From Microbotryum violaceum (lineage: Eukaryota), in assembly GCA_001244265.2 (NCBI GenBank), contig LN717261.1:2867591-2931590 (forward strand): a stretch of 64,000 nucleotides of DNA, given 5' to 3'. The notes under the pieces are model-generated. The model worked only from the letters and a program-made list of their open reading frames with translations. It was not told where the DNA came from and made no database searches. This document shows positions 1-13,208 of this stretch, piece by piece. Positions within the stretch are counted from its first letter, which is position 1. Every line of letters starts with the position of its first letter. Both the position numbers and the translations under genes were made by a program.

Positions 1-1449
1 GGGATAGTCCTGGATCCCAGGATGATCCCGAGATGGTGCCAGGATAGTTGTGGGATCAATTAGTAAACAAGTTAATCTTTACTTATCATACTCGTAATGC
101 TTGATTCATTTGTAATCACTTTCGCGGCGGTTCTCTCGCTGTAATCGGGTGCGATTTTCACATGCAATACAGTACAAGGCTAAACAAAAAACCTAATATG
201 ACATCTGCTACTCAGAACTGCTCTAGACGCGCATACAAGGCACCTATCGGATGTGGTGGCTGTGCCCGATGATGGCCAATGCTTCATTCTGTCTGGGGCC
301 AATAGAGCGTGTCAACGACCTGCTCTATGTTTGAGACTTTAGTACTAATAGCTAGCAAGCAGCCGAGAGAGAGCGATTGACCCAGACCTGCTGCTATGGT
401 AAGCTGTCGGGGACATTGTCAGTAAACCGCGAGCGAGTCAGCTGAGCCCCTGACTCCAAGGCTCTGATGCCGAAAAGCGACCGAGCGGCTCGAAGATGAA
501 CCGGCGGTGACTCACGCTGGGCTATGAAATGCATTTTGTATGATTGGTGTTCTGTACGAAACTAGTTGATGGCCAGTGTATGGCCTTGAGCCGTCAACAG
601 CCTGGCGGAGGCGTAGGAGGCTCACTATGGTGTCCAAACAAATCTAACTACGACAGAGATGGAGAATTGACAAACCTCAGCACGAACATCAGCAAAGCTA
701 AGCGACAAAAGGAGTGAAGAAGAGCTTCAATCGAGGTCGAAGGTGTGGGACGAGAGGGAGAGACTAACCCAAATCGGCACAGGGGCTAGCCAGTCGGCCC
801 ATCTGGGGAAGGAACATAAAGCCCACCAGAGAGCAAGTCAGCCAGGCAAAGTATTGCGGTCATGGATCGAAGATTCGATAAGTGCAGAGTGAAGCACATC
901 ACACACTGTACAGTCAAGAGTCGAATGGCAACGGGCGGGAGTGCGTAGACAGGAGAAGTCCCGCCCGTTGAGACAGGAGAACCGTGCACAACAAGGGTGA
1001 CGACGCTCCGGACGGTGGGTCGGGGAGCCCGTAAGGACCTTGTCGTTTGTTGCTCACCTGATGACTCGGTTGTTCAACCCGTCCCGGTGGGTTTGACGAG
1101 TGGTGGATAACCAAGTGAGGGTAGTAGTAGCATGCAGGCGAGGTCAAGTCGAGTCAGGTCGACCATGAACATGGCCCGTCGGTCGCACCATCAAATCGCC
1201 CGTACCAAACATGCCCATGGGCAATAGAGTACGAAGGCAAGAACAGTCCTTCATCATGAGTCGAGGCTAACCGGTGAGTAAGGGTCAGCGGACGTTGCCT
1301 CGCCGATGATGACTGGGGACCCTGCGAGCGCGTGAGTGGAGCAGAGGCAAGGACTGTTAAGACCGACTTGCGTCAGCCGTCTTGTCGTGTCTCGGCCTTT
1401 CTCCTCCTTTCTCGGCTTGTCCCTGCTCATGCTGGAGCTCGGCTTGTAT

Positions 1450-1690
1450 ACATGTAAGAAAATATCCTTACACATGAGTTAAGGTCAATACACAATCATC
1501 TTGGTATTGTAACATCAACATATAACTATTTCTGAATGGTGTCTGCAAGGACTACATGATAGCATGTGTATTGCAAGACTTGTAGTGATTCAAAATTTCT
1601 GTGTCCTTACCGCACCTCCCGTATCCTTACTGCACCCTCGTATCCTTACATGTGTCGACATGTGTAAGGATACGCCCGCGCGCGCACGTG
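1450..1690 (+). repeat. Left TIR of MULE copy 1
   Basis: ACATGTAAGAAAATATCCTTACACATGAG...CGCGCGCGCACGTG is the reverse complement of 13209-13460 apart from a few substitutions and a short indel. Confidence 0.9.
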
Positions 1691-2009
1691 ACATGCGTAA
1701 GGATACGCTCGCGCGCAAAGAGCACTGGCTGCTGCTGGTGAATAATTGACTCTTTCCGCACACCAGTGGTTGTCAAAGTATCGCCATGCCCATTTTTGCA
1801 CTAAGCTTAGTTATACATACTATTGCTGACCGCTATCATAGCCCCTACTGTACACTACATTAGTGATTGACAAGGCCAAAACTTCACTGGACCACTGGGG
1901 CACAACTTTGTGAGTCAAACTTGCCATCAACATGAATGTTCCCCACTGTGATTTCCTCCAGGAGCACTGCACCGCTGGAAAAAATTGTAAGAGGAGAGCA
2001 TCGTCAGCT

Positions 2010-3372
2010 CTATTGATCTGCTTTTTTGGCGTTCCCGACACTCACTATCTCGCATTCATGAAAAAAAGCCGGCGCATCTTCCATCTTCCAGACACCTTGT
2101 CCTTCTTCAAGAGTCCCTTCGGGTGGTAGACTTGACACTTTAATGCCGATATCGGTAGGATCGGAGGGCTCATGGTATAGACTCCACATTTCGTGCCACT
2201 GCCGCGTTAGCATTAGGTTGAAGGCTTGCAAGAAGTTCAATGACTCCTCTTCTAGCTCGTAGAAAAGAACGGAAACTAATCCGCCAGCGTTCCTGTCCCC
2301 TATCGGCCTAGCGAGAGAGCCTTTGATGGCGTCGAAATGATAGCATGCGGCCTCTTGCCCGTATCCAACCGTCGCGTTCGTAACGAAATGTGAATTGTTG
2401 ATGTTGTACACTCCTGACCGAAGGCGCCAGACCATCTCTGGCATTTGGTCCGAAACACCGAAGCGTAGCTCAGTTGGGGCCAGTGGATGTTCCGGGTAAA
2501 TATTGTTGATGTTGATCACAATCACACGGGGAAGCGAGGTGATTGAAACGAATTGCACGTAAGAGCCTCCGGTGCAATTGCGCTTGTGATGCCGACGGCC
2601 TGAGTTCTTTGCCTCTGTGTACAATTTCAACGGTTGCCCAACGATTGAGGCGAGGACGTCCGACAACGTTTCCAGCGAATGCGAAGGCAGGTGGAGACTT
2701 GAGATGAGAAGGGGCCAGTCAACCACAAATTGTCGTCTTTGGGACACCTCAATCTGAATGCAGTTGCAGGCAGTGCAATACCCGGCTCGTTGAAGATGTA
2801 ATTCGACGAGAGTTCGGTCGGGATCATTCAACGTGACAGCGCTTGGCAGAACCGGATGATCGACGGTGAACGAGTGAAGTGTCTCGAGCCAGGTCTGCCA
2901 AAAAAGTGATGATTAGCGTCCAGTTTTAATCGTCTTGGGAGGGCGGGGTTCGCTAAGTGATTGACTGACTACTGGGCTGCCTATAACTCCCCCGCTTAAA
3001 TGGAGTTGTAAAATGGCTTCCGCGCTCTTTCGACATCCCAACCACAGTGGAAATCATCCGTTCTCGTAATTGTGTGTATGCTTCAATTGCGTTCGCCGCC
3101 GGTTTCATATCAAACTTTCGAGCCAATGCTGTGTATTTGCGAATCACATCCCATAGCTCGAGTGCCAAATATCGAGGGCGGAGCCTCAACACCATCTCAT
3201 CGCCAAGTGGAGGAATTACATAGGCCGTATGGGTGTGGAGGATATCCAGACACTGCAGCCTTGGTTCCAATCCGTTGGCGACCGAGAGCAATGCCATAAG
3301 CGTTGAGTCAATCCAGCAAGAATTATCGCTCCACGGGCCTTGGATAATGACAACTGGCCCGTCTTCACCTGA
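2010..3372 (-). CDS. USP (peptidase C19-fold)-like cysteine protease region of the MULE, spliced
   Basis: Cys box WSDNSCWIDSTLMAL (Cys codon 3318-3316), CTAC zinc pair, LPRVIVINI, His box GVYNINNSHFVT (His 2390-2388), YHFD (Asp 2333-2331); intron about 2895-2970. Confidence 0.7.
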
Positions 3373-4024
3373 TCAAAGCCAGAAGTCTGCGTGGAGCTGC
3401 ACAATCGTGCTACCAAGCAATGTCGACGTCGATGTCTTGGGCGGAGCGAATTTTACCCTTGGTGCAGATCTAGAGTCCTCTGGGAGCTTGTCACTGGTGC
3501 GCTCGAGTGACGTCGACGTCGAAGCAGGTTTTGGCGTGGCGATTTCTACCTTTCTTGCAGATTTCGATGGCGCCAACTCCGACTTGGATGCAACCAGGGA
3601 CAGGGGAATGTCGAATACGGACGTACATGTCCTCTTTGCCTCCGATTGTGATTCAGGTTCCGACAAGAGGAAGGCCAATCGTTTTCGAGGTATCCGGTAT
3701 TTTCGACCACTGGGGGCTTCCAAATTTCGTGCATTGTGCTGCGCAAGAACTGTGAGACGGAGGATAAATCAGAGCAAGGATTCCGTCAGCCAGGTCTCAG
3801 CGCCTCTGCACTCAGTCAACAGTCTGGGGCGGAGGCGTACGTATTTGGGACAACTCCGTTTCTTCATTGAGCGCCCTCACAGCCATAGGGACAACGGGGA
3901 CTTGTCGCGGCCGCTGAAATCTGAGCGGGGAGGACTAGCTTTCGATTTGCAAGTGGACGTTTGATGGAGCTTGATGGAGCAATCCGTCGGGGAATGGCCT
4001 CGGATGAATTGCAATGAATTGAGT

Positions 4025-7000
4025 TGTTGCAACAAGGACTAAGAGGACTCCACGACTCAGCTCCGAGATACACGAGTGAGATGATGAGAATAGCGTGGAG
4101 AAGGAACCCAGAAGGAAAAAAGACGCAAAGACAAAGATAGGTGCGCGCGCAGAATAAAGTATTAACCAAGACTAATAGCAATTAGTTAGGCTCTGAGACC
4201 CCACTTCTAACACTCCCACCGGTCAAAGAGACTAACGAGACCATTCCAAGTAGCGCACGAAGTTGATCAAAGCGTTCCCAAAGGCTTCGTCATAATATCC
4301 GCGGCATTGACGTGGGTAGGGCAGTATTCAAGTTCGACCTCGCCAGAAGCAACCCGTTCTCGAACGAACAAATGAGCAATGTCAAAGTGCTTGGTTCGCA
4401 TGTGATCGACCGGATCCTTGGCGATCTGGATGCATGCGGCGTTGTCCTCTTGAATGATAGTAGGCTGTGCTTGTGGAATGCCGACATCACCAGCCAAACG
4501 ACGGAGCCAGATTGCTTCACGAGTGGCTGAGGAGGCTGAGGATGCAGAGAGGATTTCGGCTTCGGTAGTGGATGTAGCAATCATAGATTGTTGCTTCGAC
4601 CGCCAGGAGATAACGCCGCCAGCGAGCATTGATGCATAGGCTCCCACCGATCTGCGAGATTCCGGGTCATCCGCAAACGAGGCATCGGAGTAGACCATCA
4701 ATCGAGTTGTGGAACTGTTTCGATAAAGAATCCCCAAATCGATGGTGCTGTTGAGGTAGCAAAATATACGCTTGACCGCAGCCCAATCGTCGACAGTTGG
4801 ACAGAAGTTCTTTTGAGCAACGGCACGAACAGCAATTGCGATATCGGGTCGACATTGATTGGACGCGTACTGCAGGGAACCCACAGCCAATTGGTACAAT
4901 GACACATCGGCAAACGGAGTAGCATCGATTCGAACCGAGGGGCAATCGTCCATGGGCGTGACTGCACGGCGCTTGGATGGAGAAGCGAAATCGAACTTCT
5001 CGAGCATAGTGCGGACATACTTGCTTTGGTGAACGAGGATGTAATCTTTGGTGCGATGAATTTCGAAGCCCAGGAAGTAGGAGACGGGTCCGAGACGCTT
5101 GAGCTGGAAGGCCTTGTGAAGCGATCCGAGCTCGGAGTCCAAGAAGGACTGATTGTTGGACGCGATGAGACCGTCGTCAACATAGAGTGATGATAGCAGA
5201 CGAAGTGCCCAAATGTTTGATGTAGAGGCAACCATCGGCAGTTGCCCTCATGTAGCCTCGAGACACCATGAGATTGTTGACGGCTCGATACCATTCACGG
5301 GGCGCCTGTTTGGTGCCATACATGGAACCCACAAGCTTGAGGCACTTGCCAGGGGATTGAGGACGATTCCATCCTTTTGGGTATCGAACATAGACATCCT
5401 TGGTCATCTTGCCGTTGAGAAAGGCGCAGTCGAAATCAAACTGTTCGGGATACAGGCCCTGAGCAGCAGCCAGAGCAATCAAGAACAAAATCGTCGAAGA
5501 ACGAGCGACAGGAGCGTAGGTGTCATGGTAGTCGATGCCTGGGCGTTGAGCAAATCCTTGAGCAACGAGACGAGCTTTGAAACGAATGATTTTGCCGTTT
5601 GCATTGCACTGATACTGTAGACCCAGATCATGCCGAGTACCCAAATTCCTTCGTGCCACTTGACTTCCTGAAAGACTCCATGATGATCGAATTGTAGAAG
5701 TTCTGAGACCATTGCCGCACTCCAATGGTTGCGATAGGGTGACTTCATGGCTTCCTCGAATGTCTTGGGGTATCTCGATGTCTTCTTTGGCGAACACGGC
5801 AGCACAGTAGGCATCGTAGGAAAGCTTGTTGTGGAACATGGGTGGAGTATCCAAGACATCAACCATGATAGCCGAAATGATGGGAAGTATATTTTCCGGA
5901 GGTTGAGGTCGACGACGAGAACCAGCAGGAAGGATGTTGGAAGGATCAACATTCTCAAATTGGCCAGGATTTGGACCAGTGCGAACGATGGCGTAACCTT
6001 CACGAGGAGCGAGAGCGACTTCCGCCTCACCGTCGAGTGCTTCTTGAGGAACAACTGCAAGATACCCCCCCTGTTGACCAACTCCAATTGGAACCACCGG
6101 AGGAGGCTGTGGATCCGGCAAAGTTGGATCCACAACAGGTGAAGTTGGTGTAGACGGCAACACATCTGGCGGAGGATGAGGAGGATGAGGAGGTTGAGAA
6201 TGATGAACGGGATCAGAAGCGTCCGCACGATCTTGAGACGAAGTGACAACGGAAGGAGTCTCAAGGAATGTGACGTGACGCAAAACGTAGACCTGTTTCG
6301 AAGATTGGACCCAGAAACGGTAGTTGTATTCACCGGAGTACCCAATGAAAACTCCCTGAATGGAGCGAGGTGCAAGCTTGGAGCGACGCTCCTTGGGAAC
6401 GTGGACAAACGCCGTAGATCCGAATGGCTGAAGATGAGCAAGACTAGGCTTCTTGCCGAGAAGAACTTCGATTGCCGTTTTTCCTTGGATACGAGGATGT
6501 GGTTGACGATTGAGAACAAATGTCGCGACGGCCAGAGCATCTGACCAGAATCGCATGGGAAGACCGGAGTCGAGAAGCATTGATCGATCGAGACCCATGA
6601 GAGATCCATTGAGTCGCTCTACTTGACCATTTTGCTCCGGAGTATAGGGGGCCGTGAATTCCACGATGATGCCCTGCTTTTCAAGAAGAGCCCGGAACAA
6701 TGAATTGTCAAACTCACGACCATTGTCCGATCTGACCCTCTTGATTTTCTGACCCGTTTGACGCTCGGACTCGGCTTGAAATTTCGACCATGCTTCGATA
6801 ATCGTCTCAGCCCTCTTGTCCTTTAGCACGATCGTCCATTTAGCCGTCGAATACTGATCCACGATAGCGAGATAGATAGTATCGCCATGGTGATTGGGAT
6901 GTTCGACAAACCCGAGATCGATGAAGACGCGGTAGAGTGCATGAGGCGCTTCGGTACTCTTGTTGGAGAAGGGTGATCGCTTTGACTTGGCCTGGATGCA

Positions 7001-8753
7001 CGAGAAGCAAGGAGTAACCCTTTCGTCCTTCAGAGTGATGCCAGTGATAGTCCCGGATTTGACGGCCAAAACGATCGCCGCAGGAGATTGATGGCCCAAC
7101 TTCCGATGTGCTTCCATCAACGTACAGGTTCCAGTGAGACGATTGGCTCCGACCATTGAAGGCGGTGAGGATGACATGATAGGCTGAACGGGAGCTGCAT
7201 CCATGACAAACCCCCGACCAGGAAGCGAGCGCAGAATCGACTTGCCGCGGATGCTAAAAATGAGATTGCTTTGGGGACCAACAGCGTACGTCATCGATTC
7301 CAACAGACGGTCGATGGAGATAAAACCGCATTGAGCACCGGGCGTGTAGTAGACCCTCTTAATAGTGATACGAGCGCCATATGAGGTAAGAAACGTCACT
7401 GAGCCATGACCGGGAGATTCGATTTGAGATTGATCGGCGACAGAAATTTTGAGAGGCTCAGAGACAATGTCCGATAGGACCAACTTGTGTCCAACGCAAT
7501 GGGCCTTAGCACCCGAGTCAATGATCCATGGAAAACGTGGCATCGTTCGCGAATAGGGGAAAGTGTAGGTCATCAATGCAGATTCATCTACACCAATGGC
7601 AGCTACGTTTGAATTTGAGTCCGAGGAAGCGGGAGCGCTCGCATCCGTGTTCCTGCTTGGACAGAGACGCCAACCACGTTCGTGTCCCAGTGCTTTGCAG
7701 CGCGAACAATACGACTTGGAGTAGTCCTTTTGCGCCGTGGTGGAAATACGGGCAACGAGGCTAGTATTGTCAACGATCCGAGCGGATAACGATTCCTTTT
7801 GTTTGTTTCGGGAATCAGCCATTTCGACGTTCATCAGGAGTTTCGGATAGAACGTGTTCCAATCCATGTGGATGTCAATGTCGGAGGCAAGATTCCCAAC
7901 GATCGAGTCATACTGGGCTGGGAGCGACCGAACGAGCATGCCTGCAAACAGCCAATGCGGAAGCGGAGCTCCGAGGTTCTGAAAATCGGTCATGGCGATC
8001 TTGACCTTGTTGACGAATTCCTTAAAAGGAATATCCCCAGAGTAAGGTTGCGCTAGAGTGTTGAGGAGGTCCATAGTGCGACTCGGGCGACCGTGAGAGT
8101 GGAGACCACGGAGGGTGTCCCACATCTCGTACGCCGAGGTAAGATGAATCAAGTGAGACATCTGTTCCTCAGAGATCGAATTGGCGATGTACTTGCATGC
8201 CAAATCGTTGCGGCGGATGGCCCGTTCGCGATATTCCGCGACCTTGTCCGCAACTTGAACGCTGGTGAGCCTGGGCGAGGCGTCCGAGTGCGCAGAACCA
8301 GAGCCCCCCCCCCCAAGCCCGCTAAAGCCGGAGGAGGCTGGTTCAACTGGCGCGACGGACGCAGTTGCATGTGAGATAACGAGCGTGGACCGATAGTCCG
8401 CGACAAGGGAGTCGATGGATTGATTGACGACATCCCATAGTTTGTTGGCTCGAAGATTGATAAACGCACGTTGTGACCAGCTCTTGTACCCTTGTGTGTC
8501 CTTGAGATACAAGCGATTGCCCGACCCGTTGGGCAAGTCGGATTCGCCCGTTGAGCTCATAACCTGTTGCAACAAGGACTAAGAGGTACTCCACGACTCA
8601 GCTCCGAGATACACGAGTGAGATGATGAGAATAGCGTGGAGAAGGAACCCAGAAGGAAAAATGACGCAAAGACAAAGATAGGCGCGCGCGCAGAATAAAG
8701 TATTAACCAAGACTAATAGCAATGAGTTAGGCTCTCAGACCCCACTTCTAACA
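4025..8753 (-). mobile_element. Ty1/Copia LTR retrotransposon Copia-1 (frameshifted)
   Basis: LTRs 4025-4212 and 8565-8753 (TG..CA), PBS-like GGTTATGAGCTC next to the 5' LTR, purine tract GGTGGGAG next to the 3' LTR, order gag-PR-INT-RT-RH. Confidence 0.95.
4267..8575 (-). pseudogene. Copia-1 gag-pol polyprotein, broken by frameshifts in RT
   Basis: CSRCKALGH knuckle, WIIDSGAKAH protease, RSDNGREF/EQNGQVER integrase, KARLVAQG and YVDD RT, YSDASFA/ADIMTK RNase H spread over ORFs 5177-8575, 5479-6609, 4267-5235. Confidence 0.92.
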
Positions 8754-9314
8754 GGCGTCAATCCAACGTCGTCTGATGATTCGCTCGAACTATGCTCGTC
8801 AGACGGCGGGTCAGGAATCTTGCGCTTGTGGGGGTAATCAACACGTCTTGAGCCCTTTTTGGAGGCCATCAACTGCGCAGTGGGCCCATTGCCCTGCCTT
8901 GACCGGTTCTTTGGTTGCTGCCGGGAACGATATGACGTGGAAGGAGGTAATTTGGTTGATTCGCTCAGTGGTGGTGTTGCAGGACCCTTTGACAGGTCTG
9001 AAGGTCCTTGTGGTGACTCAGAAAACCCGATGCCAGCTAGACGAGCAGGTGCAGCGAACGAGATCGAAGGCTCAGGCATGTTGGCGTCACTGATGTAGGA
9101 TGAAGGTACCCGATTGCGTGACTTGATCTCTTTGATATTAGCGCGGACGTTGCCTTGCTCGTGATAAGTGCAACTCCTGACATAGCCGTCTGTTTTCAAA
9201 GCAAAGGCGAGAATGGTTTTAGATGAGGATAATGGGCTGGTGGTAACGCTATGCCAGGGCCTTACCGGTCGCATGACTTTCAATTCGGTCTGTCATTTTC
9301 GCGAAGTCGATAAG

Positions 9315-11369
9315 TCACATCACCCCTTCCACCGGTCCAAAGCGTTCGCCACCACATGAATGGATTAGGAGCCAGTGGGAAGATTCCACCGCATTTGTTG
9401 TGGTAGCCACGCATCTTTCTGCGGATCCATTGAGTTCCTTGAATACCACATTTCGAATCGCCGGTCGTGTCCACCATTTGATCCAATTCTCTGACACAGG
9501 AAACTCGTCGATTGTGCGCTTTGCTATGGACTCAATCGATGCATGGGACTTCGCGTTGCGCATGGTGTTGACCAGCATTGCAAATCGTTCGCGCTCCGTT
9601 TGCGTACTGAGATGTCGGACCCCGAACCTCCTGACCTGCTCAATGAAGTGAAAGGCGCACCCGCTTGCCGCCTTCTCGCCAATCTGAATAGCCTCTGCAG
9701 TCCACTGTGACACCTGATTGGGTGTGACGTTCAAGCGTCCCACATCTGCGGTCTTGCGTGCCACGTATCAATCCGAAATGGCTTGGCGAAGACCCGAAAT
9801 CTGCGCGCTTGAATAATCGACAACAAATGTGACTCCGTTGACGATGTCCTCCACGCTATAATTGGCATCGTCAAGAATCTGGAATAGGTGCGCAAAATGT
9901 CGGCGGTAGAAGCCCGATCGCTCGTGGTTGCCGACGGAGTACAGAATCGGAAACCAGCGACGAGCGCTTGGCGAATAGCAGACCGTGGCGAGCAACACCC
10001 AAATGTCGCGAAAGTAGGTGTTGTGAGCGTCGGTAGGCCATCCCAAATTGCCTTCGACTAGCCGGTCTTCAATCGTTTCCGAGAGCCTCGCTTTCATCTG
10101 AGGAGTCTGGATGCCAAATGACGTCTCAGAGTCGGTTAGCGAATTGGAGGTGATCTTCGACTTCGACCGCGACCCATCGTTCCTGGGTTGCTTCCGAGGG
10201 TCGGGATCGTGTATTAGCTCGGCAAGTGGCTGCCCTTGGCGCTGTCTCGGTATTTCGATGTACGCGAGGCAACCGGCATTGGCAACAGCTTCAATAGCTG
10301 ACATCAACGTGTCGGGTAGGGCTCCATTACGCTTACTGTGGCCCACTCTTGGTGCGTATCTCGAGATTGATCGAGTGCTGTCGAATACAGGGCAAATTTC
10401 AGAGGCGGACGGCCGATGACGAGGGTCCTGCGGAAATGCGGTCATTTGTCCCATGCGCAGCTCGGCGGCCGATGCTTGTGGAGCGCCTTTACGCAATTGT
10501 TGCAGCTCTTCCAGATGTTGCGGGGACGGACGCGACACCGGAGGCGGAGGATGCAAATGGTACCCTGAATGCCAGATATATATTTCCCCCGGGCATTCCT
10601 CACGCTGCCCTCGGGCAATCGTAGCGGAGCACAGGATGTGCCTCATCGGTCCGTTACAGCTTGTGATTGGACATGGCGGTAACTCGTCTGAAGGCCTCTC
10701 AACGTTTGGAGCGAGGTGCTTGCGGGTTGCAGCCTTCTTGGGGCGTCCTGTGACGAGCTGTGGAGTCTCCTCCTGAAACAACTTCGACCTACTCGCTGTC
10801 GACAGCGATGTGTGAGGTCGACGCTTGCCAGGGCATGATTGATCACAACAGACGAACACGCCCATGCAACGTCTTTTGATGTACTTGCTGTATTCGACGT
10901 TTGCATCCAAACGCGGCCTTTTCCATCGCCCTTTCGAATCGGTTCGAGATGATGACGCCAAGAAAGCCCACATGTGTGACAAGCCACCGCTCGAGCCTGG
11001 ATCCATACGAACAATGAGGACGCCGCCCCAAGTCCCGTTGGGCCGCCAAGGATCAAGAACAATCTCTTGTGGGTATGCTTCGAGCATCAAGTCCGTCATC
11101 GTTGTCCTTCCTTCACTATATGTTGGTAAATTCGCATGATCTTCACTGTTGACGAGCTTGTCATCCGTTGAATATGGTTCGGTGTTCGGACGTAGATTGC
11201 CGGAGATCCTGTCGCTTGGAGATGCTTCACGCTTTTCCCTGACAAGCAAGTTGTGCTTGGAAGCAGAAGGTGCGCCACTTGGAACAGGGGCATATACCCG
11301 GCCTTGAGGTCTTGTAGTGATATTTACGAATGGGAGTCGAGCCTTGATGTGCTCGTAGACCTGTGACAT
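9315..11369 (-). pseudogene. MULE-type DDE transposase with N-terminal GCM-like zinc finger; one in-frame stop
   Basis: RCMGVFVC...C...RRP...CPITSCNGPMRHILC...HSGYHLHPPP (GCM-like); TDAHN (D1), VVDYSSAQ (D2), CAFH (CxxH), TTNAVESSH (E); TGA at 9770-9768 is in frame with ORF 9315-9764. Confidence 0.85.
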
Positions 11370-11998
11370 TTGCAATCAAGAGTCAGCTCAGCGACTAAAG
11401 CTCAACGACGTAGAATCCGTCAACTCATGAAGCTATACGCACTCTCAAGGTAATGGTTGCTTCTGCTGGCGATGAGTCGATGTCGAGTACGAAGCCGGTT
11501 AACCCGAGAACCTTGTCCGAAGAGTCGGTCGCAGCAGTAAATGCTGCGAGTTGGTCGTACCGGCAGGAGGCAAGACATGGAGTCGAGTGAGTAGATGACG
11601 TAGCCGCGTTGTTGACCACCCAGTAGTCGAAGCAGGAGTCCTCTGTACAAAGGCACAGATAAGTCGCCGAATTAAACGGTTAGTAACTGGCTGAGTGGCC
11701 TGTCAACATTGCTTGGGAACCAATCTAATCTTGTCTTGCATACCTTGGAGAGCCAGGCCAGTTAGCTCAGCAACCTCTTCCAAAATATCTCGTAGATAGA
11801 CGAAACAATGTCCTGTCTCCGTGAAGTTGATGGACACCAACAGCGTAAATATCATCGGCACGTTAGTCGCCAAGAGAGGTTTCAAGGAAACCTCAGAGTT
11901 GACCATCAACACTAAGAAAGGCAAGCGGACAATATCAATTTCCAGTGAAGCCTTTTGTTAAGCAGGCTGGGAGAGCGCATGTTGATGTAAAAGTGCAC

Positions 11999-12160
11999 CA
12001 CCTATAGAGGTGGCAGCGGTAGTATGTTACGCAGCGCAGTGTCAGAACCGATAGTTGAGGAACACGTGATTGAAGTATTGCAACTAACCTATATAGGTGG
12101 CAGCGGTAGGATGATGCGCAGCGCAGTGTCAGAACCGATAGTCGAGGAACAAGTGATTAA
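11999..12160 (+). repeat. ~75-bp imperfect direct repeat (2 copies) inside the MULE
   Basis: CCTATA..GGTGGCAGCGGTAG...GCAGCGCAGTGTCAGAACCGATAGT.GAGGAAC..GTGATT occurs twice. Confidence 0.8.
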
Positions 12161-13208
12161 AGAAAAGATAAACAAGGGAGTCTGCTTTGCGAAGGCATAG
12201 GCCCACGCGCAAGACTATAATCCACTCAGACACTAAGTCTAATCCACTGCCTTAAAACTAATCGAGCCTCCGGGCGCGCGCCTCGCCTCGTTACCGATGG
12301 CCTACCATCTAGACAACACATGTGGCGTACCTTCAAGCTTAAGAGTCGTATGTTGATGCTTGGGGAGAATGGAGCTGTCCTTGGGAATAGCCTTGGGTTG
12401 TGAAACCCTTAGACGGGAGAGGTTCGGAGCTAAGGCTGGTGAAAGGGAGCCGACTTGGAGGCTAGAAGCGGAATTCACACTCTCAACACTGCTTTGACTG
12501 CGCAGCGACGGCCAACCAGGATCGCTGTTCTGGGAGCACAGGAGAGGCATCATTGACTTCTCTTGCTTGATAGTGTGGTGGAAGGGAGTGTCGTGGGCGA
12601 GCCAAGTGGAACAAGGTGAGTCATTGTCACGTCGTCCTTGTGATCGTTGTGCTTATCGTCCACATAATTGTCACAGTTCTCCTCGCAGTCCTCTGCGGAC
12701 TTGATGCGATTAGGCAAGTCGCTTGTACGATCGGTGATAGGAAATTCTCCTGTTGAAGTCGGGGATTTCGATAGCCGCGGTGCGGACACCGTGCAGGTCA
12801 ATGCTTTAGCTTGAAGGTCGCCAGAATCGTCCTGAGGATGCGCTGAGTTTGCCGACTCGGGGACCGACTGGCCGTTTCCTTTCCTGATTCGACGATTGGT
12901 TCCTACCGTTGATTGGCGTTTGATGCTTGGGACTTTGAATCTCGACTTGGGAGTCCGCCATCGGGGCCGGTCTCCAGCTCCAGAACGAGTCCGAGCCCAG
13001 GGCCCGGCGTCACGGTCGGGAAGTTGGCGGTTCCGCAATCTCATTGATGAAAGATTTGAGTCCGTGCCTGCTGGCACAAAGCTGGAGGTCGCAATTGGCT
13101 GGTTCGCAAAAGTGAAACAGTGCCACGGTGTTGACGTCGATGGGCGGTGTGGGGACAATCAGGTGAACAAAGGCTTTGAGCTGAGTGCGCCTCCTGTCGT
13201 TCCACATG

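Noticed and set aside
1-1449. Short ORFs and GGGAT..CC-rich motif at 1-60 loosely resembling 13640-13915
   Set aside because: No alignable repeat or protein motif; cannot support an enclosing element
3233-3964. Long plus-strand ORF (243 aa; 231 aa in copy 2)
   Set aside because: Antisense to the MULE gene; shared only because the copies are near identical
12302-13158. Low-complexity ORFs near the right MULE TIR as a second gene
   Set aside because: No recognisable domain and no second copy in the window to test conservation
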